Shown here: positions 46,901 through 53,654 of the stretch, piece after piece | Layout: each line of letters opens with the position of its first letter | How positions within the stretch are numbered: position 1 is the stretch's first letter | Virus record (IMG/VR): IMGVR_UViG_3300005096_000005 | Coordinates: 64,001 to 128,000 of that record | Length of the DNA stretch: 64,000 nt | Strand: one strand, 5' to 3' | Source: a virus | The notes under the pieces: generated by a model | The model's input: only the letters and a program-made list of their open reading frames with translations | The model's database searches: none | Told to the model about the DNA's origin: nothing | Translations under genes and position numbers: made by a program

Positions 46901-49240
46901 GAGTTTGTATATGTCTCGTTCGATATCGGCCGCATCACCATGCCTAACGATATTAAACAGGTGTTCCAGGGCGTCGGCGTCAGTTCTGAGATACGTAGAG
47001 AAGGGCTTCTCCATGCCATCGATCCTGTGGGTTACTTCAAGCATCTTGGATAGAGCATCGACGGACTCCGCGGAACCGAGCACCTGCGCTCTCTCGGTGG
47101 CCTGTTTCACAGGCATCCCCTTGACCTGGTGCAGGTAGGTAGCGAGATCGTTGTCGCCCTTCTTTGCCCATTCCAACAGCTCGGAGAGCTTGTCCCTGGT
47201 CGCGCCCGTCATCGAGGTGGCGTCCTTCTCGAGAATCCTCTCCACTACTCCGAACACGTCCTTTGCCCCCATGGGCTCTCCTGTTGTTCGGCGCAGATCC
47301 TTGACTATGTTTAAAACTTCAATCTCACGTCCGGCCTCAGTAGCCGCTTTCGCTTCCTCGGCCAGTCGCTTTGCTATGTAATTCGGATTAGAGGCTTTGT
47401 ACGGATCTTTCCAATGTCCTATAAGGCGCTGAAAGAACCCTGTTGGTTCCCGATTCTGGTTGAAGTCGAGCATCTTGAATACTTTGCCGATCGCCGGATT
47501 CTCATTCAGCTTGCCGCCCCGCATCATCGCCATATCTTCCGTTATCTCTTTACCAAAGAAGATATTATCAAAGATCCAGCGCATAGGCCCAAAGCGATTG
47601 GTCACCGGATTCAACCCAACTCCGAAGGGCATCTCCTCCGGTTTCATAAAAGCACCCGTCTCCAGATTAAACAACCGGGCGCCCCCTTTAGAGTGCCCCT
47701 GGCCGAGTACCAGCATCTGCTGTTTGATGTTCCCGGCCTTATCGATAGCATGTTCCCATCCAGATACCTTTTTGACCCATCCGAGTTCAGGATGTTCAGT
47801 TCCAAAGTGAAGAAGCTGATACGGCGCCATCCGTCTGTTCTCTCTTAAGGCAGAGTGAAAGAACAATTTGGCGGGATTGAATCCCACAATAGGAATCTGG
47901 AAGTTCCGCTCAAAGGCCCCGGCTATATCGTCCAGTCCAAAGCCGACCTTTCTCAAATCGATAACCTTGCCTGTCGGGTCCTTAAATATGAACGGGTCCA
48001 CGACCACATTGCCAAGCCGTTTTACATACTGCTGTTCTGCGTTGGCGAGAATACGTGACTTCTGAAGTTCGAACTTTGCGAGCTTCATCGCCTGTTCTTC
48101 CGTGAGGTTGCCGAACATTCTCTCGGCGGCCGGTGTACGCAAATAATCCTTCACCGCCGCTTCACCAATGTCGTCAGCCAGAGCTCCGGGGATAGGAACA
48201 TACTCGGCTCTCTTCCCAAAGAAACCAACAAGGTCGGGGATATTAAATGCTTTGAGTCCAGGTCCCTCTGCTACATCCTGAATTGTGGCAAGCTTCCAAC
48301 CCGCCATTCCCTGGACCATACGAGAGAAAGGATGAGCTGCCTGATAAACGTCCTGTCCCATAGTCGCGGATACTGCATCAATAAGCTTGTTTACTATATC
48401 GCCCCGACCGGCCTGTTCTCTTACCTGTCTAGTGGTCGTGAGCATTATGTTTTGCCAGGCATGAGCTGCTATGTTCGCGTCAGCTGCCGATAACTCCCCT
48501 CCCCCAAGGGCTGCAGCTATGTCTCTCAGTTTCGCTGGCTGGTCCGTCATCAGGGATTCCCAGGACGCAAGCTCTTTAACACCCTGTACGCCACCACCCT
48601 GACCACGATAGCGTTTGCCCATAGTTACCATACGTTGCATCTCGTCCAAAACGCCCATAGCCGGTTCGCTGACGGAATCAATGGGATAACCTATATTAGA
48701 GAGGATTGTTGGTATCTTCTGTCTACTTAGAAAAGAACGAAGCTGCCCCTGCATCTCTGGGGAAAGGTGTTGTGGGGAGCGAATCTCCGTCGCCACGTCT
48801 CCCACATCACGGACAACGCCCCGCATCCCGCGGAGCATATCACCGAGAGCTGTGGCATTGGCCACATTATCTGTAAGGGTTGATCTTGTGGTTGCTGCCG
48901 CTTCCGCAAAGACGCGGCGGGCTGCCTTGAGGTTTTCTCCCGTGAATGCAGAGAACTTCGGCAGTGCGCCAACCGAAGTTCTCCACAAGAGGTTCTGGTC
49001 GGCCAGAAGTCTGAAGTATTGCTCATGGCCTTCCAGAAGAAAACGATGTGCCTGCGAAACCTTTGGGATCTGTCCCGCAAGATGCTCTACAATATCTCCC
49101 ACAAGCGGTCGGACGTACTCAGAGCGAAGAACCTGGCGCCCCAGGAGGGCGGCACCGGCGTATATACCTGCACGGACCAGGAGCGGCGTCTTCTTCCGCT
49201 CGTTTGTGTATGGGGCATCATTGCTGAACTTCGAGATCAT
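40946..49240 (-). CDS. Tape measure-like protein with embedded PD-(D/E)XK (Cas4/RecB-like) nuclease domain, 2764 aa
   Basis: Directly follows the frameshifted chaperone; helical with Gly-rich TM segments. Nuclease motifs GTKAH, SGHIDAVV, VVEIKT and QVNFY at about 42440-42965. Confidence 0.75.
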   Translation of the reverse strand: MISKFSNDAPYTNERKKTPLLVRAGIYAGAALLGRQVLRSEYVRPLVGDIVEHLAGQIPKVSQAHRFLLEGHEQYFRLLADQNLLWRTSVGALPKFSAFTGENLKAARRVFAEAAATTRSTLTDNVANATALGDMLRGMRGVVRDVGDVATEIRSPQHLSPEMQGQLRSFLSRQKIPTILSNIGYPIDSVSEPAMGVLDEMQRMVTMGKRYRGQGGGVQGVKELASWESLMTDQPAKLRDIAAALGGGELSAADANIAAHAWQNIMLTTTRQVREQAGRGDIVNKLIDAVSATMGQDVYQAAHPFSRMVQGMAGWKLATIQDVAEGPGLKAFNIPDLVGFFGKRAEYVPIPGALADDIGEAAVKDYLRTPAAERMFGNLTEEQAMKLAKFELQKSRILANAEQQYVKRLGNVVVDPFIFKDPTGKVIDLRKVGFGLDDIAGAFERNFQIPIVGFNPAKLFFHSALRENRRMAPYQLLHFGTEHPELGWVKKVSGWEHAIDKAGNIKQQMLVLGQGHSKGGARLFNLETGAFMKPEEMPFGVGLNPVTNRFGPMRWIFDNIFFGKEITEDMAMMRGGKLNENPAIGKVFKMLDFNQNREPTGFFQRLIGHWKDPYKASNPNYIAKRLAEEAKAATEAGREIEVLNIVKDLRRTTGEPMGAKDVFGVVERILEKDATSMTGATRDKLSELLEWAKKGDNDLATYLHQVKGMPVKQATERAQVLGSAESVDALSKMLEVTHRIDGMEKPFSTYLRTDADALEHLFNIVRHGDAADIERDIYKLERQQNRFLLRYIEAAQRGGIPHFDKKQQYLFKQHFKFQKGTPVQDRLLQIHEAVKSREIQMPSKLKSQLEDALEKAGVGFTTTRDGAVVKVPARKVKLQREQRSDLWRLYRETMDQVGYDIKPFKAGYKEATREMQVKTAEEILAQRGADLAAGGGVVPTRSEKWRTSTFERFFQEGAIDPGGVADSMALRKQMKEQAVEELMSFQGRVEQRLMADSGLAPLSKNWMEATKEGQALIGRQEELINMLGAGKISQAEFLAARERLTGQVDEVLERIAQFDRMSLYSSSELDAHALASRWARTYETKIKAGKPETWGPLAPVEKVRPYSGDKYVEWAMPEERQILFESISHRIMNGPKSFDKRQIMREFADTYKNRPEMKDMIEDFIDFAEKEVGGEHMAMKDARKLVDRLTEQETKAAAIGGPESPLDYVSDAKQIAQNLAVMRGRRIQDLSEQILELERRKEQLEYAPLSKTMKMLRSQIDPTRPARIDVRPGLPSPFIPFLETDEEIVKTVGRAAREALNEYYVGSALSEIDNARRFIDQLGTVLTDVEVENMHRTFDLFNLRKVAGHGPAVRQKAFVDTYEEALKLFAPRTSQTVRTDSLMKVGVAGDPTFEQLMDVLEQKAKERGINLSEAFQKGRVSMRPVEEGVYEVVSTSTRDPVDVSEGFVNRLQASANKHFGKWYQKFPPYDEFADVYRRGLGENLMLQKSLFRFDPFDVTGSIKETWKNLSRLYSGQDEHGLATVIRKMWKQFSPDKWEGGKLTTDLDHLSTTMFWPTYLTQRLSRGLGEYGLGFSLSPDKLGTASRTYYNLFKYRVAPVVAGAGLLAYIDWESEKADDAFSLPDTPRVRLSRRLANIYVGLRLDIAKVFDTVGLTDEFKRIHEAYPGMDIAMESPPGMIAGALGFNVPQNEEELKEWYREGTEDVRRGRWWLLGNSPWGGGRITAQVPNWYRRGTSGYREDTLWGGSDEFWQHYWLPTPRYPLSPLKRLTDPYWWEKKHYADRPYPLTGGAFEETMPFGGILNATVGRIIKPYKVMHREELNARAAFLGGQRNRHPALEAALIELGTTPGPEQLGQGTTQGVRLIGPGGGGTGAVTPTYVGLLAGATPTGQAIPVMSEDHSAENQITAINTDDRRKMRRRMSRRLSYFHRKINPEEVIHPNDPYYRLGQIHYNITETAGIFGFASTFFTQDKYGYGDLGAQKPVAQRADRAYGAERWFWDQGIGGLGGGVSEIGRRFLPHRRRQILEYNPILNKMPSWMPGTTGVEQNYYIDFHKGDPFTKVAFGEARLPGPGYEKLHPTLRAYHGNYGIEQFRASSLGRDLKTTVASFLNLGREAHDYDPNGKGLGRLPYEGPGSPTYEGTKAHRRLQAQWAKEGSLIEAERFVFDPRTKVSGHIDAVVRMENGYNTVVEIKTKSAKAIKELEAPQQEHMSQVNFYLYSQGLPFGFIYYTARDKPDVTKVFKVHYDPERLQRDLETVEHARQIVSDWDRKGILNRPEFYSDVDKFKILADVAPYSQSFWAMRRRMFRDKEAIMQQGRWSEVERTLENHKRRIQKYRKTEYRYVGKPDPKDASAVERTLGWMWEKFAHMDTPFHTKFLQVRSATEQYERNYLYGNDFTDWGRPVSAILVPAYRGFARHNPVVSAGLGAALGSLFFKRGPYRIIGALIGGLVGGGMSVVSRFRARLRGRKAPIPDIREKEWELNEYFDMLEYVKFRGLYSRYKQALQYVGIDMDKMDPGRQHPQLPIVDYANEYKRRFKGTAYAADVWNQRQVMAAWPAQIREFYPIFANTRSEKERERIYNQTPDNLKRFLARAWATNSPRWMSEWRAVEARKPDLKRYFATHALPGPQWEGWNPNVNLDEYKYKVAKNEGINAKRIGLWDDVARAAEANRVRVLDWRNGSFKRNSLEHRLRAVLHGAGVRDADIKVDMQDYHENRIDLRLNMRRDFTGEIIGALHKEGYHKEIESAHEDSERLQQLNAPFELQ

Positions 49241-49737
49241 CGTTGCTCTCCCTCAGGACCCGGATCTTGCGGCCCGTACACTGCGTCTGTAAAGTCCTTC
49301 GGAAAAGAGAAGTCAACCTCGTTTATCATGCCCTGAGGGATTCCCATCATATCTTGAGCAAGAGCTTCCATCTTGGTTCTTCCGTGCTCGTGAAGGAACA
49401 TCTCTTGCTGTTTCTTATCAATGGGACCCTTCTCACCTGGTTTGCGGTGGCGCTCTCCATATCTCCTGAGGCGCTCTACTCTCCGCGCTTCCTCAATTGC
49501 CTGTTTGCGTTCCGCCTCCACAATCTCTGGCGGCACGCCCAGCAGGATATCTACGGACACTTCCGTCATGCCCCTAAAGTTCATCAGTACATACTCTGCC
49601 TGTGCTGCTCGTTGAAGCCAGGTATCCCAGTCCATGGCCTCAATTTGGTCTATAGATAGGGTGGGGAACGCCTCCGCAATAAGGAGATCGATCAGTCCCA
49701 TCCCACTTAAGACGACACGCCTGTGAGAGTCTACACT
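49237..49737 (-). CDS. Tail assembly chaperone, -1 frame extension (lambda gpT-like part)
   Basis: The frame is open from the slippery site at 49737 through the track ORF 49237..49701; there is no clear SD before 49701. Confidence 0.8.
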   Translation of the reverse strand, partial: SVDSHRRVVLSGMGLIDLLIAEAFPTLSIDQIEAMDWDTWLQRAAQAEYVLMNFRGMTEVSVDILLGVPPEIVEAERKQAIEEARRVERLRRYGERHRKPGEKGPIDKKQQEMFLHEHGRTKMEALAQDMMGIPQGMINEVDFSFPKDFTDAVYGPQDPGPEGEQR

Positions 49738-49743
49738 TTTTTT
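49701..49743 (-). other. Programmed -1 ribosomal frameshift site: A AAA AAA heptamer plus 3' hairpin
   Basis: GTA AAA AAA GTG TAG (A7 at 49743-49737), an 8-nt spacer, then the bulged stem TCTCAC-AGGCG-TGT-CGTCT-TAA-GTGGGA (49728-49701). Confidence 0.85.
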
Positions 49744-50378
49744 ACTTCAAGGGCGGGGAGGAACCCCGACTGGTCCATAATATACTCGACAATCATGGAC
49801 GGTAGTCCGTACATCTCCCTGAGAAACGCCTGGTTGAAGTCAATTCCTTCCGGCCATAAGACGCAGCGATTGCACATCTCGTTCTCGCGCTCTTCGATGG
49901 TGAACGGTCCGTAGATAATAGCCTTGTACTCTGCCCGAGTCAAGATCCGATACGTGAAGCGCATTCCATTGGGGAACAGCACCTCTCTGATCTTGTCGTC
50001 TCCAAACCCGTGTCGTGCAGGATCAAACTGCTCTCCTGGATTCGGAGGAGGCCGCTTCCATAGGGCCAGTTTTTCGGGAGGCGGCGGACTCCAATCGATT
50101 CCCTCGAGGCTGGTTCTGACCCCTCCCACTGCGTCCGGCGTCCATTCATCATCGACCGGGGGTTGCTGCGGTTGTTGCGGCACACCCTTCGGTTGCTGCG
50201 GAACCTGACCTGCTGATTGCTGTGCTTGTGGAATTCCTTGTGCCGGATAATCCGGCTGTCCCGTACCCACTTCCTCCACGGACGTATCCTGTACCTGTAT
50301 TGGATCCGCCTTCTTCATAGGGCGTGCTCCTGGAGGAGGTGCGCCAGGTCCTTGTCCTTGGTTGCCATTCTGATCCAT
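49731..50378 (-). CDS. Tail assembly chaperone (lambda gpG-like position)
   Basis: Start revised to 50378 (AAGGAG SD). Contains FTYRILTRAEYKAI...CVLWP...GLPSMIVEYIMDQSGF; lies between the tube genes and the tape measure gene. Confidence 0.75.
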   Translation of the reverse strand: MDQNGNQGQGPGAPPPGARPMKKADPIQVQDTSVEEVGTGQPDYPAQGIPQAQQSAGQVPQQPKGVPQQPQQPPVDDEWTPDAVGGVRTSLEGIDWSPPPPEKLALWKRPPPNPGEQFDPARHGFGDDKIREVLFPNGMRFTYRILTRAEYKAIIYGPFTIEERENEMCNRCVLWPEGIDFNQAFLREMYGLPSMIVEYIMDQSGFLPALEVKKV

Positions 50379-50411
50379 GTCAGTTGGCTCCTTTCTCATC
50401 TTATAAACTTA

Positions 50412-51230
50412 TCAATCAAAGTCCCATGCTACGAAACTATACTGTTCAAGTACCGGTGAACCTTTCGGACGAATCACCTGTGTTGCGGAATGCAGGTGTA
50501 CTCTGTGCAACGCCAGTACTCTATCCCTCGCTTCGTCTATGGTCTCGGCTGCTCGGTTCTTTATGGCCTCAAAAGCGTTGATGGCTCTGGGATCGGCACC
50601 ACTATAATGCACAATGATCTCCAGGCCGTCACTTCCAACCCCAAACCTGTCTCTGACTCCCCAGCGCCTGGACCCCAGTGTTGACGTGACATCCCTGGCT
50701 AAGTCAAAGCCTATCGGGGTTAGCATATCGGCAAGATTGCCTGACAGGTCACCCTCCTTAATGACCTGTATCTTCTCGTCCAATGTCAGTCCCTCCCAAT
50801 TCTTCTTGAGTCTCTCTGCGTTCTGGGCGAGACTACCATTCAGCATATCGGAATGAAAATTGGACCTCCTGCCGTCCGCGGCCGCCTGCTGCAGGGCCTC
50901 AAACACCTTAAACTTCTTGGTGAACGGTATCGCAAATTGACCCTGTATGATGAGCTGGCCGAGAATCAGCCGGTGCCACCTGTACGAAGCGTAACTGTAG
51001 AGTGGCCGCTTCGGTTGCATGGCACTGAATTGAAAGTCCATTATATCATCTTCAAGATACCCGGACAAGTCAACCACTCCTGTAGGATTAGAGTCCACGG
51101 TATCCCGGCGAGCTATTACGAACTTAACGTCACAACCAGTAAAGAACTCCGGAGGGTACCAATTACGGTCCATCATCGGAAGTGTCTGTGGAGCGAAGTA
51201 CTCCAAAGGGTTGATGTCGTACGGTGCCAT
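50412..51230 (-). CDS. Tail tube-like protein, paralog 3, 272 aa
   Basis: FTGCDV...QPKRPLYSYAS...GQLIIQGQF...EQYSFVA aligns with the tube motifs of 52910..53641. Confidence 0.65.
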   Translation of the reverse strand: MAPYDINPLEYFAPQTLPMMDRNWYPPEFFTGCDVKFVIARRDTVDSNPTGVVDLSGYLEDDIMDFQFSAMQPKRPLYSYASYRWHRLILGQLIIQGQFAIPFTKKFKVFEALQQAAADGRRSNFHSDMLNGSLAQNAERLKKNWEGLTLDEKIQVIKEGDLSGNLADMLTPIGFDLARDVTSTLGSRRWGVRDRFGVGSDGLEIIVHYSGADPRAINAFEAIKNRAAETIDEARDRVLALHRVHLHSATQVIRPKGSPVLEQYSFVAWDFD

Positions 51231-52861
51231 TAGCCTGCCTTTAATATCTGTATTGTACTGTGTGTATTACTGAATCCCTCAACCAGCGTTTCCTCGCCGG
51301 GTACAGAGTCCGCAGTTACCGCCTTCACCTTGAAACCAGTTTGTACTCTATACGCTGGTCTGTCCGGGTCCGTTACATCCTCACTCTCCCGGACCAGGTT
51401 GTCCAGAGTTTCAAATGACAAGTTGAGATTCGCGTTGGCAGTAGGGTCGTATACACCGTTCGAGTCTCCTTCAAGGGCCTGGTCAGGTTCTATCTTAATT
51501 ACCAGAGCCTTCACCTTCTTACCTTCTGTATTATTCACAAATCCAGTACGAACGGCTATATTGTCATCATCGGGTTCTACAATCTGAACTACGTTGTCGT
51601 AGTCAATGTGTTGTGCCCCAGGTGTAATCATCAGCCAATACCATACGACCCCTACATCCGGGAATAAGTCCCGATCAAGAATAGATGAGTTGGATGGTGT
51701 CTGGGCCGCAAACTTAATCGCCACATGAGCGTTGGGAGTTCCTTCGTCTACAACAAGTACATCGAAGTCACGACCGTCAAACTTGATTGCTGAATCCGGG
51801 TTCGCTCTTATCTCTGGCGATAACCCCGCCCTGCCCTGCGTCAGGTCAATATATTGCGCTATCGTTTCAGAACTTCTGGCAAACGAATGGAGTCGTTTGT
51901 TGACATCTGCAGGACTTAAAGCTTGCTGAATCTCCTTCACAGTATGCCGCGCCATAGAGCCAATAGCGGGATCAATAGGATCGACAGCGAGAGCCATGTA
52001 CTGACATACACCTTCAGTTACCAGATCTTCTACCGACATGGTCGCACCGTCGGTTTGAATGTGAATATTATAGATGCCCGCCCTTACTGCTATACCGGCC
52101 TCGTTTGCCCCGAACAAGAGAACATTGAAAGGAGGAAGAGCATCCGGACTCATCATGCGGCTAAAGCGTTTCCATCTATCATAATCCAACCCGGCCTGCG
52201 ATCCCTGAGTTATCTCAGCAGCCCTTTTGATCTCTATCAGAGTTTCGTCTATCTCTTGCTGAATGGCGCTCTGTTCAAGTGGGGGTGCAGCTTCTGTTGT
52301 GGCTTGGGTTCCCGCCCCGAGCGCCCGAAACACATCACTCATTCCTGTACCTATTGGACCGGGCAGAGAAAGCAGCCCATCTGCCTCGCTCGCTCCATGC
52401 ACATTAGATATCATATTCGCGGTACGTTTTTCCATTGCCTTGAGCTTCCCACCCAAATCTCCCGCAAGAGCGGCAAGCATGGCCAGGCGCTGATCCAGCA
52501 CGTGCATGTCCGGAATGTTTGACGACGTACCTCTTGCATTGGCACTCGTTTTGTGATAGTCGAGGATGTCCAGTATGGCATGCTTATCAAAGTAGATAAA
52601 TACGATAGACCCGGCCACCCATCGCGGACCTTTAGCAATACCACGGATGTTCACATGCCCGCAAGTCGGTACCGGTGCGAGCTCTCTGTATGTCTGATAT
52701 GATATTGTTGCGAGTTCTGCAAATACCCGAAGTCCGAACCCGGGCAAAAACATAGCCGCGACGAGATTAGGGCCGGAGATGGATGTCGAAAGATCCTGCA
52801 GCGTTACCGGCGCCGTGTTGTCGCTTTGTTGTCCTCTTTTGTAATCGAAGTTCTGTACCAT
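51230..52861 (-). CDS. Tail tube-like protein, paralog 2, with insertion and C-terminal extension, 543 aa
   Basis: TISYQTYRELAPV...AKGPRWVAGSIVFIYFDKHA...DALPPFNV...ANEAG...MSVEDLVTE closely parallels the 243-aa tube protein. Confidence 0.75.
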   Translation of the reverse strand: MVQNFDYKRGQQSDNTAPVTLQDLSTSISGPNLVAAMFLPGFGLRVFAELATISYQTYRELAPVPTCGHVNIRGIAKGPRWVAGSIVFIYFDKHAILDILDYHKTSANARGTSSNIPDMHVLDQRLAMLAALAGDLGGKLKAMEKRTANMISNVHGASEADGLLSLPGPIGTGMSDVFRALGAGTQATTEAAPPLEQSAIQQEIDETLIEIKRAAEITQGSQAGLDYDRWKRFSRMMSPDALPPFNVLLFGANEAGIAVRAGIYNIHIQTDGATMSVEDLVTEGVCQYMALAVDPIDPAIGSMARHTVKEIQQALSPADVNKRLHSFARSSETIAQYIDLTQGRAGLSPEIRANPDSAIKFDGRDFDVLVVDEGTPNAHVAIKFAAQTPSNSSILDRDLFPDVGVVWYWLMITPGAQHIDYDNVVQIVEPDDDNIAVRTGFVNNTEGKKVKALVIKIEPDQALEGDSNGVYDPTANANLNLSFETLDNLVRESEDVTDPDRPAYRVQTGFKVKAVTADSVPGEETLVEGFSNTHSTIQILKAG

Positions 52862-52865
52862 AGTT

Positions 52866-52897
52866 GAGAGAAAGGAGAGGACCCGAAGGCCCTCTCC
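52866..52897 (-). terminator. Stem-loop with C(UUCG)G tetraloop and weak U-tract after the major tube gene
   Basis: GGAGAGGGCC-TTCG-GGTCCTCTCC-TTTCTCTC; 10-bp stem with one G-U pair. Confidence 0.75.
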
Positions 52898-52909
52898 CGT
52901 AACCTCTTA

Positions 52910-53641
52910 TCATGCTATCGGAATGTTCTGGGCTCCGAAATCGAACGAGGCGTCCGTTGCCGATTTGATAGGAATGATACGTCGGGCGACAAACGTCATC
53001 GCCTGTTCGATCACCGTATCGTCTACAGACATTCCAACACCTTCGTTGAGAATCTCTGCGTACAGAATTCTCATGGATGCGGCCTGTCCCTGTTCGTTCG
53101 CCATCGTCAGAGTGATATGGAACGCCGGAAGCTGATCCGAATACCACGGTGTTCTGCGCACGTATGCGGCCTGCAGAAGGTCCGTGAAGTTGTCATAAGC
53201 GCCCGCACCTGCCTGGCTCAACATGGAGGTCATCGAGTGACCCCATGTGTCCACTCCGAGAACCGAGTTCTCGTAATTAGAAGCGGGCAGTACGACACCC
53301 TGATTGGAATAGTCGTCCACAAACTGGCCATTGGTCCCCGGGATGTCCCGAGTGACCGCCGGACCCTGACCGGTCCTAACATTCTGCAGCTCTTCTATAA
53401 GAGCGTGGCGGTCGAACTGCACAAACACCACCGAGCCTGCGATACCGCGTTTGCCTCGTGCATAAGAGCGCGGATCCGCCGAACCGAAGGTGTAAACTGG
53501 CGCCTTCTCTCTGCGAATACTGTAGGTGATGGCCTGACACTCCCCGATTACGCGGTTATTGAAGATGGGAACAATGTCCGGACCACCGAAGGACGTGAAC
53601 GTCCGTTCGTAGAGTGCTGATTGAGTTGCTGCTCCTGCCAT
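52910..53641 (-). CDS. Major tail tube protein, 243 aa
   Basis: Directly after the sheath; strong AAGGAGGTG SD. Contains SFGGPDI...AITYSIRREKAPVYTFGSADPRSYARGKRGIAGS...DQLPAFHI...EQAMTFVA. Confidence 0.8.
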   Translation of the reverse strand: MAGAATQSALYERTFTSFGGPDIVPIFNNRVIGECQAITYSIRREKAPVYTFGSADPRSYARGKRGIAGSVVFVQFDRHALIEELQNVRTGQGPAVTRDIPGTNGQFVDDYSNQGVVLPASNYENSVLGVDTWGHSMTSMLSQAGAGAYDNFTDLLQAAYVRRTPWYSDQLPAFHITLTMANEQGQAASMRILYAEILNEGVGMSVDDTVIEQAMTFVARRIIPIKSATDASFDFGAQNIPIA

Positions 53642-53654
53642 GTTCTACACCTCC

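Noticed and set aside
50160-50230. Short DNA repeats (ggttgctgcgg)
   Set aside because: They simply encode the low-complexity PQQP tract of the chaperone N-terminus.
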